Assembly: GCA_002269645.1 (NCBI GenBank) | Contig: NIVC01001794.1 | Location: 1-64,000 of the forward strand | Reading direction: 5' to 3' | Origin: Macrostomum lignano | Taxonomy: Eukaryota | DNA length: 64,000 nt | In this document: in pieces, positions 1 to 17,610 of the stretch | Numbering within the stretch: the stretch's first letter is position 1 | How the letters are laid out: each line of letters opens with the position of its first letter | The notes under the pieces: generated by a model | What the model was told of the DNA's origin: nothing | The model's database searches: none | Seen by the model: only the letters and a program-made list of their open reading frames with translations | Position numbers and translations under genes: made by a program

Positions 1-900
1 AACTACACCACTGGCCTCAACTGCCACCACTGACACAACTGCCACCACTGACACAACTGCCACCACTGACACAACTACACCCACTGACACAACTGCACCA
101 CTGACACAACTACCACCACTGACGCAACTACACCACTGACACAACTGCCACCACTGACACAACTACCACCACTGACACAACTACCACCACTGACACAACT
201 GCCACCACTGACACAACTACCACCACTGACACAACTGCACCACTGACACAACTACCACCACTGACGCAACTACCACCACTGACACAACTGCCACCACTGA
301 CACAACTACCACCACTGACACAACTGCCACCACTGACACATCTACCACCACTGACACAACTGCCACCACAGACACATCTACCACCACTGACACAACTACC
401 ACCACTGGCCCAACTACCACTACTGACACAACCGCCACCACTGACACAACTACCACCACTGACACAACTGCCACCACTGACACAACTGCCACCACTGACA
501 CAACTACCACCACTGACACAACTGCCACCACTGACACAACTACCACCACTGACACAACTGCCACCACTGACACAATTACCACCACTGACACAACTACCAC
601 CACTGGCTCAACTGCCACCACTGACACAACTGCCACCACTGACACAACTGCCACACTGACACAACTGCCACCACTGACACAACTGCCACCACTGACACAA
701 CTACCACCACTGACACAACTGCCACCACTGACACAACTACCACCACTGACACAATTGCCACCACTGACACAATTACCACCACTGACACAACCGCCACCAC
801 TGACACAACTACCACCACTGACACAATTGCCACCACTGACACAACTACCACCACTGACACAACTACCACCACTGGCTCAACTGCCACCACTGGCAGAACT
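1..900 (+). repeat. 18-bp coding tandem repeat (ccaccactgacacaact[g/a]) encoding a TATTDT mucin stalk
   Basis: Directly visible, about 50 units. A few single-base indels shift the frame. The minus-strand VVSVVA and plus-strand PPLTQL ORFs are off-frame readings of this repeat. Confidence 0.95.
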
Positions 901-3744
901 AACACCAGTGGCACAAGTATGTTTTCAATATTATTTAAAATATAGTATGTCCGTATTAAATTTGCCTGCATATAGTTGTTTAAAATCAGATATTTACAAA
1001 GAAAATTTTATTGTGAGAAAAAGAGCTTGCTAGTGTCCAGATCGCAGTAGCCGATATACACTGGCTTGTCCAGCACAACATTTGTCTTGAGAATGTGCAC
1101 TAGAACTATATGTGGATCCTCATTGAAAATCATCTGCTCGCGGAACGCTGGCTTGGCCACAGGCTTTCCTGCATAATTAACCAGCCCACTAGGTAGTCCA
1201 CTTGCTTGCGAACATTCTCCATGGTCTTTCTAAATAAAAAAAGACCATGGTCTAAGTCTTTGTTGAACTTATTGTTGGCCTTTTGCACGACGCTCCATGC
1301 GGTAGATAATAACTTGCGGTCGAGTGGTCATGATTACCCAGCCACTGCCATTGCGTAGGTACTTCTCTATCCGGCTGAGGATAGTCTGCATGTCGTCAGA
1401 GAAGTAGCGCTCCTCCTCACTCCGGATAAGAGAGTGGACCTTAGCAGCAAACCAGGCGGTGGTTCCTGGCGGTTCCTGGCGGTTCCTGGCGGTTCCTGGC
1501 TCACGTTGATGCTGGGTGATCAAGTTAATGAAAGCTTGACGAGTGTTTTCCAACACATTCCTCGGGTCTCCATATGCACTGGCCTGGTAAAATCGGGACC
1601 TGCCATTAAACGCCCAAGCACAACTTAAGATACATAATATATGTTACCTAGTAGTCCTTGTAAACGCCTCCTTGATCAGTTGGAAATGAATCGTTGGGAG
1701 TCATCTAACTCAAATAGTGCTGGTATCGCAGGGCATACCCCATATATAGTGCTCCTCAATGCCCTCGATTACTGATGACTCGCAGAAGTCCCAAGTTATT
1801 TCGCATTTGCATTTTTGTTTTATGTTAAATTTATTGTATTAGATTTTATCTAAAATAAAAAATCTATGCGGCCCTATGAGTCCTGGTTGCTTTATTTATA
1901 AAGGGGTATTGGAACCTCTCGAGTAATAAAATCCCTTCCCCACATTACTCGGAAATTCGAGGAAATCACTTCAAATGCTTTCTCGACCAATAGAATCTCT
2001 TTACCCTCTCTACTCGAAAATTCCAAGCAATCGGACTCTCTACCCATTGACCGATCACATTGAAACTCTGTCTTGCGTGTCACCACACGCGGGTAGAGGA
2101 TACTCACCAATGGACACTCATTCACATTTCGATGTCCACCGTTGGACACTCACATCTCGAAACTCACCCTTGGGCACTCACCCAGGCATTCCGCTGTCCG
2201 ACCCGTCATCTGGCCTGCTCGACCGGCTTGCTCGACCCTACCCCTGGGCTTTAAACCCAACCCCACCTCTGACCTCGCCGACCCCACTCCTGGGCCTGCC
2301 CGACCCCACCTCTGGGCCTGCCCCACCCTTGACCTACACCACTTCCGGCCTACCCCGCTTCGCCTCCGGGGCTTTCTTATCGCTGATTGGCTCCCCCTCG
2401 CTGATTAGCCAGCCAATCAGCGACGTGGGCCAGACTGTACCATTTTCCTACTACTCATCTCAACCTTGAGGAGTTTTATTCTTTTGAATCTGTTTCGGTC
2501 ATAGCAAGGTTAGAATTATTCACTCTCTGTGCCTGTGGGGGTTGGGTTGGCCCTGATGGGTGCGAATCGCATGACAACCGGCCCTGGCCAATTTTCTTGG
2601 CACACAAACCCCAAATGACTGCAGCAGCAGATGGAATCCAATCAATGGTTCGTGACGCGAGAGTCAGATGCATTCATTACTCAGCTCAAATTTTACAACT
2701 GTCCTTAAATATTGTCTAAGAGGTGAAATCACCCGCTGCTTTTACACGCGCAGACTCGAACAGAACCACAATCAGCCAGCCGACTACCTCGACGCTGCTG
2801 ACGACCACGCCTTCAAACCAGAACGGCACAGTTGTGAACCCTGACACAATTTTCGGTCTGCAGATGTGGCAAATCATTGCCATCCTGGTTGGCGCCGCGG
2901 GCGTTTTCATCCTCCTAGTGATCATTTCCGTCAATGCGCGCTGCTCCATCCGCAACCAGCGCCTCCGTCGGGCTAAAAGAACCGCCAGGCCGGCACCGCC
3001 ATCGCAGCATCCGCCACCCTCCAGGCAGCAGTCGCAACATCCGCCACCCTCCAGGCAGCTAACGCGACAACAACCATCGCTGCCACAGCCGCCTCCCAGG
3101 CCAGATTTTCTCCGGGCTTCGCCGTATCTAGCGTACAAGCCAGCGTTTGTGCTTGACGATTTCACTGCAGTGAGCTTGCGGATATTGTCACAGTTCGTTT
3201 GTGACAGAAGAAGGGCAGAGAGACAGAGGCGTGTACAGTGCCCCTGACTGTCTTATGGTCAGGCATGCACATTCTCTGTGCCTTGGGGAGTACCAAGCAA
3301 ATTTTTAATCTTTACCAAGTTCAGCGTGTAGCTCTGAAGTTAAATACTTGAGTTAGTTACTTGGACACTACCTACGGCATTTGATGCAGTATAAACGAAA
3401 ATTGCATAAAGGAAACAGATAAAACTTCAGAGCCACAATCCCAGTCAAGCATTTTTAAACAATCAATCCACGGCTACTACAAACAGAGGCTATGCAAGCC
3501 ACGAGGAGCTGAAAGCAAGTTTCCTGTAGATCGTATAAGTAGAGAGGCGATGGCACACAGGTACACAGAAGCTATATCTGATTCATAATTCACGAAGCAC
3601 TTTATTCCCAATTTCCAGCCTCCGCCACCGGCTTGGCCTCCGCCGCCCTCGTTCAGAACGGCCGCCCCGTCTGTGTACACCCTGCCCTCGCCTCAGGCCT
3701 GGCCGGAGCGAGAATATACCATGAATATGCCAAGATACTTCTGA
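1..3744 (+). CDS. 3' part of ADAM-like metalloprotease copy 0: Thr-rich mucin stalk, single TM helix and Pro-rich cytoplasmic tail (5' end outside window)
   Basis: Exons are <1-916 (TATTDT repeats ending ...GRTNTSGT, donor gtatgt, phase 1), 2754-3169 (acceptor cgcag; NSNRTTISQPTT...VVNPDTIFGLQMWQIIAILVGAAGVFILLVIISV TM helix, then RNQRLRRAKR and PPxP runs; donor gtgagc, phase 0) and 3619-3744 (acceptor ttccag; PPPPAWPPPPSF...MPRYF*). Phases are compatible. The 18-bp stalk repeat is the same as in copies 1 and 2. The catalytic part is not in the window, so the ADAM assignment is by paralogy. Confidence 0.75.
1020..1560 (-). mobile_element. Degenerate Polinton/Maverick (adintovirus-type) protein-primed PolB remnant inside an intron of copy 0
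   Basis: The minus strand, with frameshifts, reads IEKYLRNGSGWVI, ...ANNKFNKD..., TMENVRKQVD and KPVAKPAFREQMIFNEDPHIVLVHILKTNVVLDKPVYIGYCDLDTSKL. These match from memory the pPolB motifs GSGW, KNxFEKD..GKTMENVR and LNKPIYVGxxILDLSK. Confidence 0.7.
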
Positions 3745-4339
3745 ACAACTCAAGCTGGTAGAACTGGATGATTTAATTGATACAGCAGTTTCGATTTTTT
3801 TTCTCATGCCTGTTTCGTTTCTTTAGTGAACATTGAGATCTCATCTTTAGCTCGAGTCTGATGCAACCAACATGCTACGTCGTTAATAATTCAAGTAATC
3901 TTCCTTAAAGTGATACAAATCAACAAATTCGTGCCTCAAAAGTGCTCATTGGTATTTTATATTTCTATTTGTGTTTCCATTCAATGGAATTTTCGCGCCT
4001 GTGAAATATGAAAGTATTTTTGGCTCTATTTTTTTAATATTACGCTCGTATATCTTTTTTTCCTGAATTCAACATTTAAGAGTATATTTTCTGCAGATAC
4101 TACTAAAGATACTATTTTAAAGATATTCACCTTTTTACACATGATTTGCAAAAATTCTTTACTAGCATACCGTTTCGACACATTGATAATGTACAACTTC
4201 AAGTGTAATGCAGGCAGGAATGACTTACAGTAAGTTTATCTTTTCTGCCTTCTCTTTAAGTAGTTATTGTTTGGAGCAGGAATGCAGCCAGTGCCTTCAA
4301 TGCATACGTGAAGGCGCTCAACTTCTACTCCAGATTCGA

Positions 4340-5215
4340 CATTCCAAATACAATATTGACTGCGTGGCATCTTTATCGCCAAGAGAAAAACAGTTCGTTT
4401 CATTGTGTGTGATTACTCGTAATTTATATCGCTGAGACCACTTCAAGCCAAAGCCGAACCCGGATGCAGAATCTCGGCTGATAGTACAAGCTGCGAAAAC
4501 TCAAACTGCTTTCACGTTTGCTTTTATAGCAAACAAGTAGTGCTTATTAACTAGTCATATTGTTAATCTCTTCAGGAGACGATGTTCAAAGCAAGAAGCA
4601 TCCGCCCTGGAAGCCTAGCCTAAGATATTACTTAGATCCCCTAGGAGTTTCGGATCAAAGCATCTGAGCGACCCCCGTGAGCATTTCAGCAATACCCTCA
4701 GTACCTTGACATTATAACAATTCCCTCTGAGCCACAGAATTTCAGCGACTCCCCATGAATTATGATTGGTAGACAAGGCGATTCTTTTATTAATGAACCC
4801 TAATCCTAACCCAATCCCCATGACGACCCTTGAGTCACAGCGCTTTAGAGAAATCGGTTGAGCCGTCTTTTTTTTTACTAAAATCAGTTACATAAATCGA
4901 TTCAAAAGCTTAGTCGAAGCTGAAAAAAAAGTAAAAAATGAAACTAGCAACTCTGGTAATTTGGTAGAAGAGAAATCAAAAGAAGAAAGAAATGAAGAGA
5001 ATGGAGGCCGAGTTATTCTTGTTTAGAATAATTTTATGCATAAGTTCGTGAAGTGGGGACTCTAAAACGAATTTTTTTATAATATATAGGTTTGGTGATT
5101 ACGTCGTAAAAAAAGGAGACAAAGAGGCAGGGGGCAGGGCAGCCCGGGTGCGCAAAAACCACTCAGAGGGTTGGGGGTGGGGCGGCTCAAGCACCCACGC
5201 CCGCAGGACAAAGAG
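4340..5215 (+). repeat. Intergenic segment homologous (diverged) to 19040-20000 and its inverted copy
   Basis: Shared blocks include aaatacaatattgactgcg, aatcggttgagccgt, tggtagaagagaaa and ctcaagcacccacg. In addition, 6448-6506 matches 19996-20053 (gacagcactgaa..gaattaaatgcagct). Confidence 0.75.
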
Positions 5216-5523
5216 AGCACACAGCAAGACAGAGGAAGACAGCGTTCGATAAACCCGAAGTGGCTACATGCAAATCTTCACATAGTAGCAACAATGACAA
5301 TAACGCCCTAGCACAAAGCCTGCGGTTACATTGTCTCACAACCAGCGCTGAGGCGACTCTGACCATTCCGCTTGATTTCATAAGCGCATACTAATACTGT
5401 ACGCAGCCTCGCATTCATACGCAAAGGGTGTACAGCGGCCCTGACTTTCTAATCATCAGGCATGTACACTCTCTGTGCCTTGTGGGTATGAATGTGGATG
5501 TGAATGTGAATGTGAATGTGGGT

Positions 5524-6052
5524 GTGGCACAGTGGGTGTGAGTCGCAAGATAACCCCTCGGTTAATACTCGTATGTTGTGCATGATTTGTGGCACAGTGG
5601 GTGTGAGTCGCAAGATAACCCCTCGGTTAATACTCGTATGTTGTGCATGATTTGTGGCACAGTGGGTGTGAGTCGCAAGATAACTCCTCGGTTAATACTC
5701 GTATGTTGTGCATGACTTGTGGCACAGTGGGTGTGAGTCGCAAGATAACTCCTCGGTTAATACTCGTATGTTGTGCATGATTTGTGGCACAGTGGGTGAG
5801 TCGCAAGATAACTCCTCGGTTAATACTCGTATGTTGTGCATGACTTGTGGCACAGTGGGTGTGAGTCGCAAGATAACTCCTCGGTTAATACTCGTATGTT
5901 GTGCATGACTTGTGGCACAGTGGGTGTGAGTCGCAAGATAACTCCTCGGTTAATACTCGTATGTTGTGCATGACTTGTGGCACAGTGGGTGAGTCGCAAG
6001 ATAACTCCTCGGTCAATACTCGTATGTTGTGCATGACTTGTGGCACAGTGGC
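5524..6052. repeat. 65-bp minisatellite, about 8 copies
   Basis: Unit is gtggcacagtgggtgtgagtcgcaagataac(c/t)cctcggttaatactcgtatgttgtgcatga(t/c)tt, with a period of 65 (5524, 5589...). There are no unique spacers. Confidence 0.95.
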
Positions 6053-6902
6053 CGCCCACTGAATAGAACCAGGGGTCGCAGCAACTCTTGCATTCTATGC
6101 GGGTAAACTGCTTTTGTGATGCAAAGGTAAAAGCCAAATTGATGGTCTGTGAGTGCAGCAGAGGTCACGAGGGAGAGGGCTGCAGTGTCAGGCCAGGGCG
6201 GGTGACTTGGAAGAGAAAACCTCCGAGTGCTACACTGGCACGGTTGTGTAATCGTGCATGAGTTCAATATTTACAGTATGAGTCATAGCTCCTACGAGCG
6301 TACATAGGCATACGAAATTAGAAACATACTAATCTAAGGGGGGGTTGCTGCCATTGAAAAATGATTTAAAACGATTGAAAATTTCTAATCAAAGTTTGCT
6401 TTTTAAGTTCCCGTACTGCGAGTGACGGGAATAAGGACTGTTTGATTGACAGCACTGAAAAGAGGAGATGCTGCTTATAAAGAGATGAATTGAATTAAAT
6501 GCAGCTATTGACTATCTTCGTTTGTCAATTAATACCTGTGCAGTTGTTGAGCTCTGCTTTAGGCTCAATCTCAGCTCCAACCTGAGAATGCTGAAGTATT
6601 TTATAATAAGACACAAAATGCAGGTCATTCAGGTTTTAAAGCTTCTAATGACTGGGCGTTTCCTTACTTGTTTCACCCTTAAGAAGTAGCGCAATTGGAA
6701 ACCAGCAAGAGATACGCAAAGATGTAGTCTCAAACTTCATCAGAGTTCTTTATGTCATTGTATCTAATGGCTTATTTTCTGTTCAATTCTACGAAGTAGC
6801 AAAAATATAATCGGACTTTTGTGTCTCACTGTCTCGTGCTAATCAGTGCTAATTCGTAACAAATAACCATGCAGTACTAACCAGTATCAAATTAGCCCAG
6901 TA

Positions 6903-7240
6903 GGGGTTGTAGCCTTGTGATTTGATCGTTGGACTCACGACTGAAAGGTCGGGGGTTCGATTCTCGACCCACTCTAAAATATTTGTGTCATAGAGCAACA
7001 CACTTAACTCTGCATTGCTTCAGTTCACCCAGCTGTAAAATGGGTGCCAGCATTAGCTGGGGTAATTGAGGGTGTGTGGCGACCCCCCCCCAGTCCTTGG
7101 ACTGAACAGCCGTACGCAGCCTTCAGTTGTGTCGCACAGTAGCTGCGGCTGAGCTGTCGGTTGAACATCTGGCCTCGCAATAAGGCCAGGCTCGAACCTC
7201 TCGTGCCAACTGTTTCCACTTCGTTTCGGCTTTGTCAAAG
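6903..7240 (+). mobile_element. tRNA-derived CORE-type SINE
   Basis: An A-box-like gtagccttgtga and a B-box ggttcgattc are followed by cacttaactctgcattgcttcagttcacccagctgtaaaatggg, which resembles the MIR/CORE central domain. Confidence 0.65.
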
Positions 7241-7421
7241 GCTGAATTTGTCTTGATATGGTATGAGAACTCCAACAGCAGCAGTAGCAGCACTTAGCAA
7301 ACAGTAATGACTAGTCTTAACGAGACGAAGACAGGGCGTTTTTTACGACTCAGTTTAAGTACTGTCAGTCAGTAGTCTCGTCATGAGCAATGTTATGTTA
7401 AAGACTAATTCTAAAGCACTC

Positions 7422-7494
7422 CAATCTCACTTGGCCAATAGGGGGAAACGGTTATTTTTGGCTCTCTTCATGACTCAGCAGAGGGCTATAAAAG
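7422..7494 (+). promoter_or_regulatory. Putative core promoter of ADAM copy 1 (CCAAT x2, AP-1, TATA)
   Basis: ccaat occurs at about 7422 and 7435, TGACTCA at 7471-7477 and TATAAAAG at 7487-7494, about 75 bp upstream of the ATG at 7568. Confidence 0.55.
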
Positions 7495-7567
7495 AGACTG
7501 TCCACTGCACTCGACCAGTTGAGAGATTGTAATACTGGAACAACTGAATTTTTTGATACATTTTCGC

Positions 7568-13689
<6,122 letters not shown>

Positions 13690-14301
13690 GCGAATAGTTC
13701 TGGAATTGAAATCAATATTTCACTGAACACAATGCAAATCTGACAGTTAGAATAGAATATTTAAGCAGATTTAAATGCCATTTATATTTTTGTACCGGAA
13801 TATTTAAAAAAACATTTTTTGCAACTGGCCGGAAATTTTGCTGGAGGCTTTCGTTGCAAAATGCATTGGCGAGAGAAAAAAATTCAGTTTTTAGGACTAC
13901 GTCGTAAATTAGCAATGTGTCACCATCTGGACTTCCCCTAGCAGAAGCGTCTTTGTGCTTCAGTTGTCTGTGCTGTTCTACTGTATACCGAATTGCAGAC
14001 AGATTAAATATACAGAGCCTCTCAGGTAGAGTTGCTTGCTTTGCAAATAATGTGAATAAAAAACCCACAATCAACATTTGTAAGTCGACGCGTTTCGCGT
14101 GACGCAAAAAATTGATGAGTAAATAATTATTCTGCACATTATTATTGATGAATAATTATCGACCCATGTACATCTGACCATAAAATTGAGATTCTTTAGG
14201 CCATGCACATAAAAGCTTTGTCCCCCAACCTCAACACTCAACTCCAACATAGTGGCGCAGGCCATGTTCTCCGTGATTTTTAAGTTTTGAGAGAGAACGC
14301 G

Positions 14302-17300
14302 CACAGCACCCATGGAACATCTTTTAGGGAGAAAAAAAGTACGAAGCAATCCATTCAACTTTTCTTGTTCCATAGACACCTGTAGATGAAAAAAATGAAA
14401 AACAGAAAAAAAATTGCGATAGCTTCATGTTTTATAGCACTTTTTGAATTTTCATGTACTTTTAATTGGCAATAGAGGAAGATATTCCATAAAAACTGCC
14501 ATTTCAGCTTACAGGTCATTAGCGAAATAAATTCAGCTACCTTTTTATCCCATACAGCCAAATAAATAACTAAAGACTTGTTTACATTGAAGCTAGTATC
14601 TCCGCGAGTCACACACTAGTCAAATTAAAGTACCACTAGTCTTGCACAAAGTCTAGATTGATTTGAGTATTCAATGATCTACAGAGTAACTAAACCTTTA
14701 TTTCTGGCTCACATAATCGATAGCATTTGATTGGCCAAATCATTGTACACGCAGCTAAGCTGAATGAAATCAACCAATCGATTGCTTAACTTTAGGCGGC
14801 CAGTTTTTAACTTAACAGATGTACATCCACAAGACATTCACAATGCTGCACTCGTCTGAAAATTTCATGCCCGCAAGCAGGCCAACTATACGGTTCAATT
14901 AAAATGTACAATCATGCACTACAAACTCAGTAAACATCTCACAGTGATTGGAAAATCCACTCTATCCTAGCATAAAATAACGTCAACAAACTTCAAACAA
15001 AGTTATATTCTATCATCAGTTTTTATAGCACTTTTGATAGCTCTGCAATGCCTTCAACGGCTTTAACTCATTCGGAGAACCAATTGAAAGTATGCCTAAT
15101 CTGCTTTAAAAAAGGAGCATCTCATGAACCTATTCGTGACGCAAATCTACAACGCATCAATCGAAATTTTATCGAAGATATTGACATCACTGATGAAAGT
15201 CTTCCAGCATCTTTGTGCGCTCGGTGTCGCAAACTTCTTCTTGATGTCGACAGTGGTAGAAAGCCAGTGGATGCTCTGCCCCAACCATATGACTTCTCAA
15301 AAGTGAAGCAGACAGCAGTCACACGACAGAATCCCCTGTGCCATTGTGATCTGTGTGAAGTCGCCCGGATGACTCCTATTGGTCAGGAGCTTGGCTCTGT
15401 TAAAGTTCCGGCTCACCCGATTGGCCGGCCGAAGACATCCAACGACCAGCTGCCTGTAGCTTTACCAGCCAAAATCTGCCGACGCTGCCTTTGCATCCTC
15501 CGGCGAGGAGTCAGTCACTGCTGTACCACCACTCAACGCAGGGAAAACCTGTGCACAGAGTACTCTGTGGACCAGCGAGGGGCTGAGATGCACGCAGCCA
15601 AAGTAATCAAAAGAAAATCTGTCGATGCGCACGGTGCTGCTCCAATTCAACTGGCAACTCGTGGGTGTAATCTAACACTCAGTCTCCCAGCCCCATCACA
15701 AGCTAAAAACTCGGCTGCTTTTTACGATTCGCCGATCTCAGCATCTGAAATGAGCTGCTTTCAGCAGGCGCTGAGTCTAAGCAGACGGCAAACGAGGACT
15801 GCAGCGCAATTCTTCCATAAGTGGAAAGGGCGGAAGTCAATTGAAGCAGGCCTGGAGTCGAAGTTGCAGCAGCTGGACAGCAGCCTCAGCGAGTATTTTT
15901 CGGTGACCGATGCAGAGTTTGAGATCAGCGGCGGTCAGAAGAAGCGCTGCTCCGTCATATTCTGCAGGGACCCAGCAGGTCTCATTGATTACATGCTGCA
16001 ACACCGGAGGGCGCCTTTTGGTTCTGAGTTCGTTGCAAAAGTTGGAATGGACAGTGGTGGTGATTTTCTGAAAATCTGTCTCAGCCTCATAGTTGACACA
16101 TCAACTGATGCAAGTGACTTCGAGACTCAGGCTGCCGATGTCTGCTCAAGCCACTTTGCCGAAGGAGGTGTCAAGAGACTCATGCTACTAGGAATTGTTC
16201 AAGGAGTGAAAGAAACGTATGCCAACCTTAAGACCATGCTGGATCTTTTGAATATGAAAGGCGTCCGATATTACTGCTCGATGGACATGAAGATGGCCAA
16301 CATCTTCCTTGGGCTTCAGGCATGCAGCAGCTTGCATCCGTGTCCTTGGTGCGAGTGCAGGCGGAACCTTTTTGGTGATGCGCATCGTGACATCCAGCTG
16401 CGGACGCTCGGTGCCATTCGAAGAAATGCAGCCCAGTATCAGCAGGCAGCTCAGTAGCATCGGGGCAGTTTGCAGCTTGGAGCTGCCAACTTCAAGAATT
16501 GTGTGCATGATCCACTAACAGATCTGCCTGACGACACCGAGGTTCTAACGATCGTGCCTCCAATGGAACTGCACCTGATGCTGGGAATTACCAACCGGCT
16601 GCTGGAAGAACTGGACACGCGACTCCAAGCGACAAATGACTGTTCGGTGCGCATTGATGACTGGCTTGCTCGACTGGGAGTTCAGCGACAGCCTCAGAAT
16701 GGCAGGCAAATAAACGGAAATGACTGCGCGATAGCTTCGAGACCGCCGTGGCTCACTTTGCTCAGGCTTACGCGGATCTCGGTATTAGCACCACGCCGAA
16801 GGTGCACGCGCTGATTGAACACGTGGTGCCTTTCCTCTCAAGCGCTGACAACAGGGAAGCCCGACGTGGACTAGGCTTTTGGTCTGAGCAAGCTGGCGAA
16901 GCTGTGCATCGCGATTTCAACAGCCTGTGGTGCCGCAGCTACAAAGTTAGTCCTACAAATTCTCAGTATGCACAACAGCTGCTGAAGTGCACTGTTGCGT
17001 ACTGCTCGCGGCATTTGTGACCTGCTTTAATAGTAAGAACATTTTCTTTTTCTAAGTCTTTTTTTGTTTGCAATGGCAGATAGAAAAAATGTGTCTTTAA
17101 GCTATCTATAATATATTTGTTTATGGTAAAAACTTATTTAAAAAACACTATTTAAATTAGCCTCACACTCTGCATAAAGTTTTTTTTCTTCGGCCTGATA
17201 GTTAGAGTTAAGCAGGTAGCTGAATTTAATTCGCTGATGACCTGTAAGCTGAAATGGCAGTTTTTATGGAATGTCTTCCTGTTTTGCCAATTAAAAGTAC

Positions 17301-17455
17301 ATGAAAATGCAAAAAGTGCAATAAAACATGAAGCTATCGGAAATTTTTTTTCTGTTTTTCATTTTTTTCATCTACAGGTGTCTATGGAACAAGAAAAGTT
17401 GAATGGATTGCTTCGTACTTTTTTTCTCCCTAAAAGATGTTCCATGGGTGCTGTG
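14302..17455 (+). mobile_element. Transib/Chapaev-type (RAG1-related DDE) DNA transposon with ~245-bp TIRs starting CACAGCA
   Basis: TIRs at 14302-~14545 and ~17213-17455 are near-identical inverted copies, with termini CACAGCACCCATGG / CCATGGGTGCTGTG. They enclose the transposase pseudogene. Confidence 0.85.
15048..17020 (+). pseudogene. RAG1-core-like DDE transposase with N-terminal Chapa-like zinc finger; one in-frame stop and an internal deletion/frameshift
   Basis: The N-terminus has H-x7-C-x2-C (HSENQLKVCLIC) ... P-x3-C-x2-C. Candidate catalytic residues are GMDSGG (D), SMDMKMAN..CPWC (D plus Zn ligands) and SEQAGE (E). Other motifs are LHLMLG, NGNDC and TPKVHALIEH. A TAG at 16455-16457 is followed by in-frame sequence. 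The frame changes near 16735, where NGNDC-to-TPKVH looks too short. Confidence 0.82.
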
Positions 17456-17575
17456 AACGCCGACTACGGACTGCACTGCTCTGCCAAAGTCTCCGTCCGT
17501 GTGCCATCAATTTTTTGCGTCACATAAAAAAATATTATCGTTAGCTTCGGTTTTTTTCGTTCTAATAAAATAAAC

Positions 17576-17610
17576 CTGAAGATGCACCCCGGAGTGCGAA
17601 ACGCGTCGAC
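17576..17610 (+). ncRNA. Minimal type I hammerhead-ribozyme-like core (Penelope-type), possibly degenerate
   Basis: The sequence is CUGAAGA-U-[GCAC cccgga GUGC]-GAAA-CGCG-UC, with a palindromic stem III (ACGCGU) and a GUC cleavage triplet. Stem I has only one clear pair (C17575-G17608). Confidence 0.45.

Noticed and set aside
217-1033. Val-rich minus-strand and PPLTQL plus-strand ORFs
   Set aside because: They are antisense or off-frame readings of the TATTDT mucin repeat.
5524-6052. Possible CRISPR array (regular 65-bp period)
   Set aside because: The whole unit repeats with no unique spacers, there are no cas genes and the context is eukaryotic, so this is a minisatellite.
6903-6975. tRNA gene (also tRNA-like boxes at about 33130-33175 and 17872-17900)
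   Set aside because: A/B boxes are present but no convincing cloverleaf forms, and the downstream CORE-like sequence indicates a SINE head.
14296-14301. 5-bp TSD (AACGC) for the CAC-TIR transposon
   Set aside because: AACGC flanks both sides but is offset by one extra G on the left, so it was not accepted as a clean TSD.
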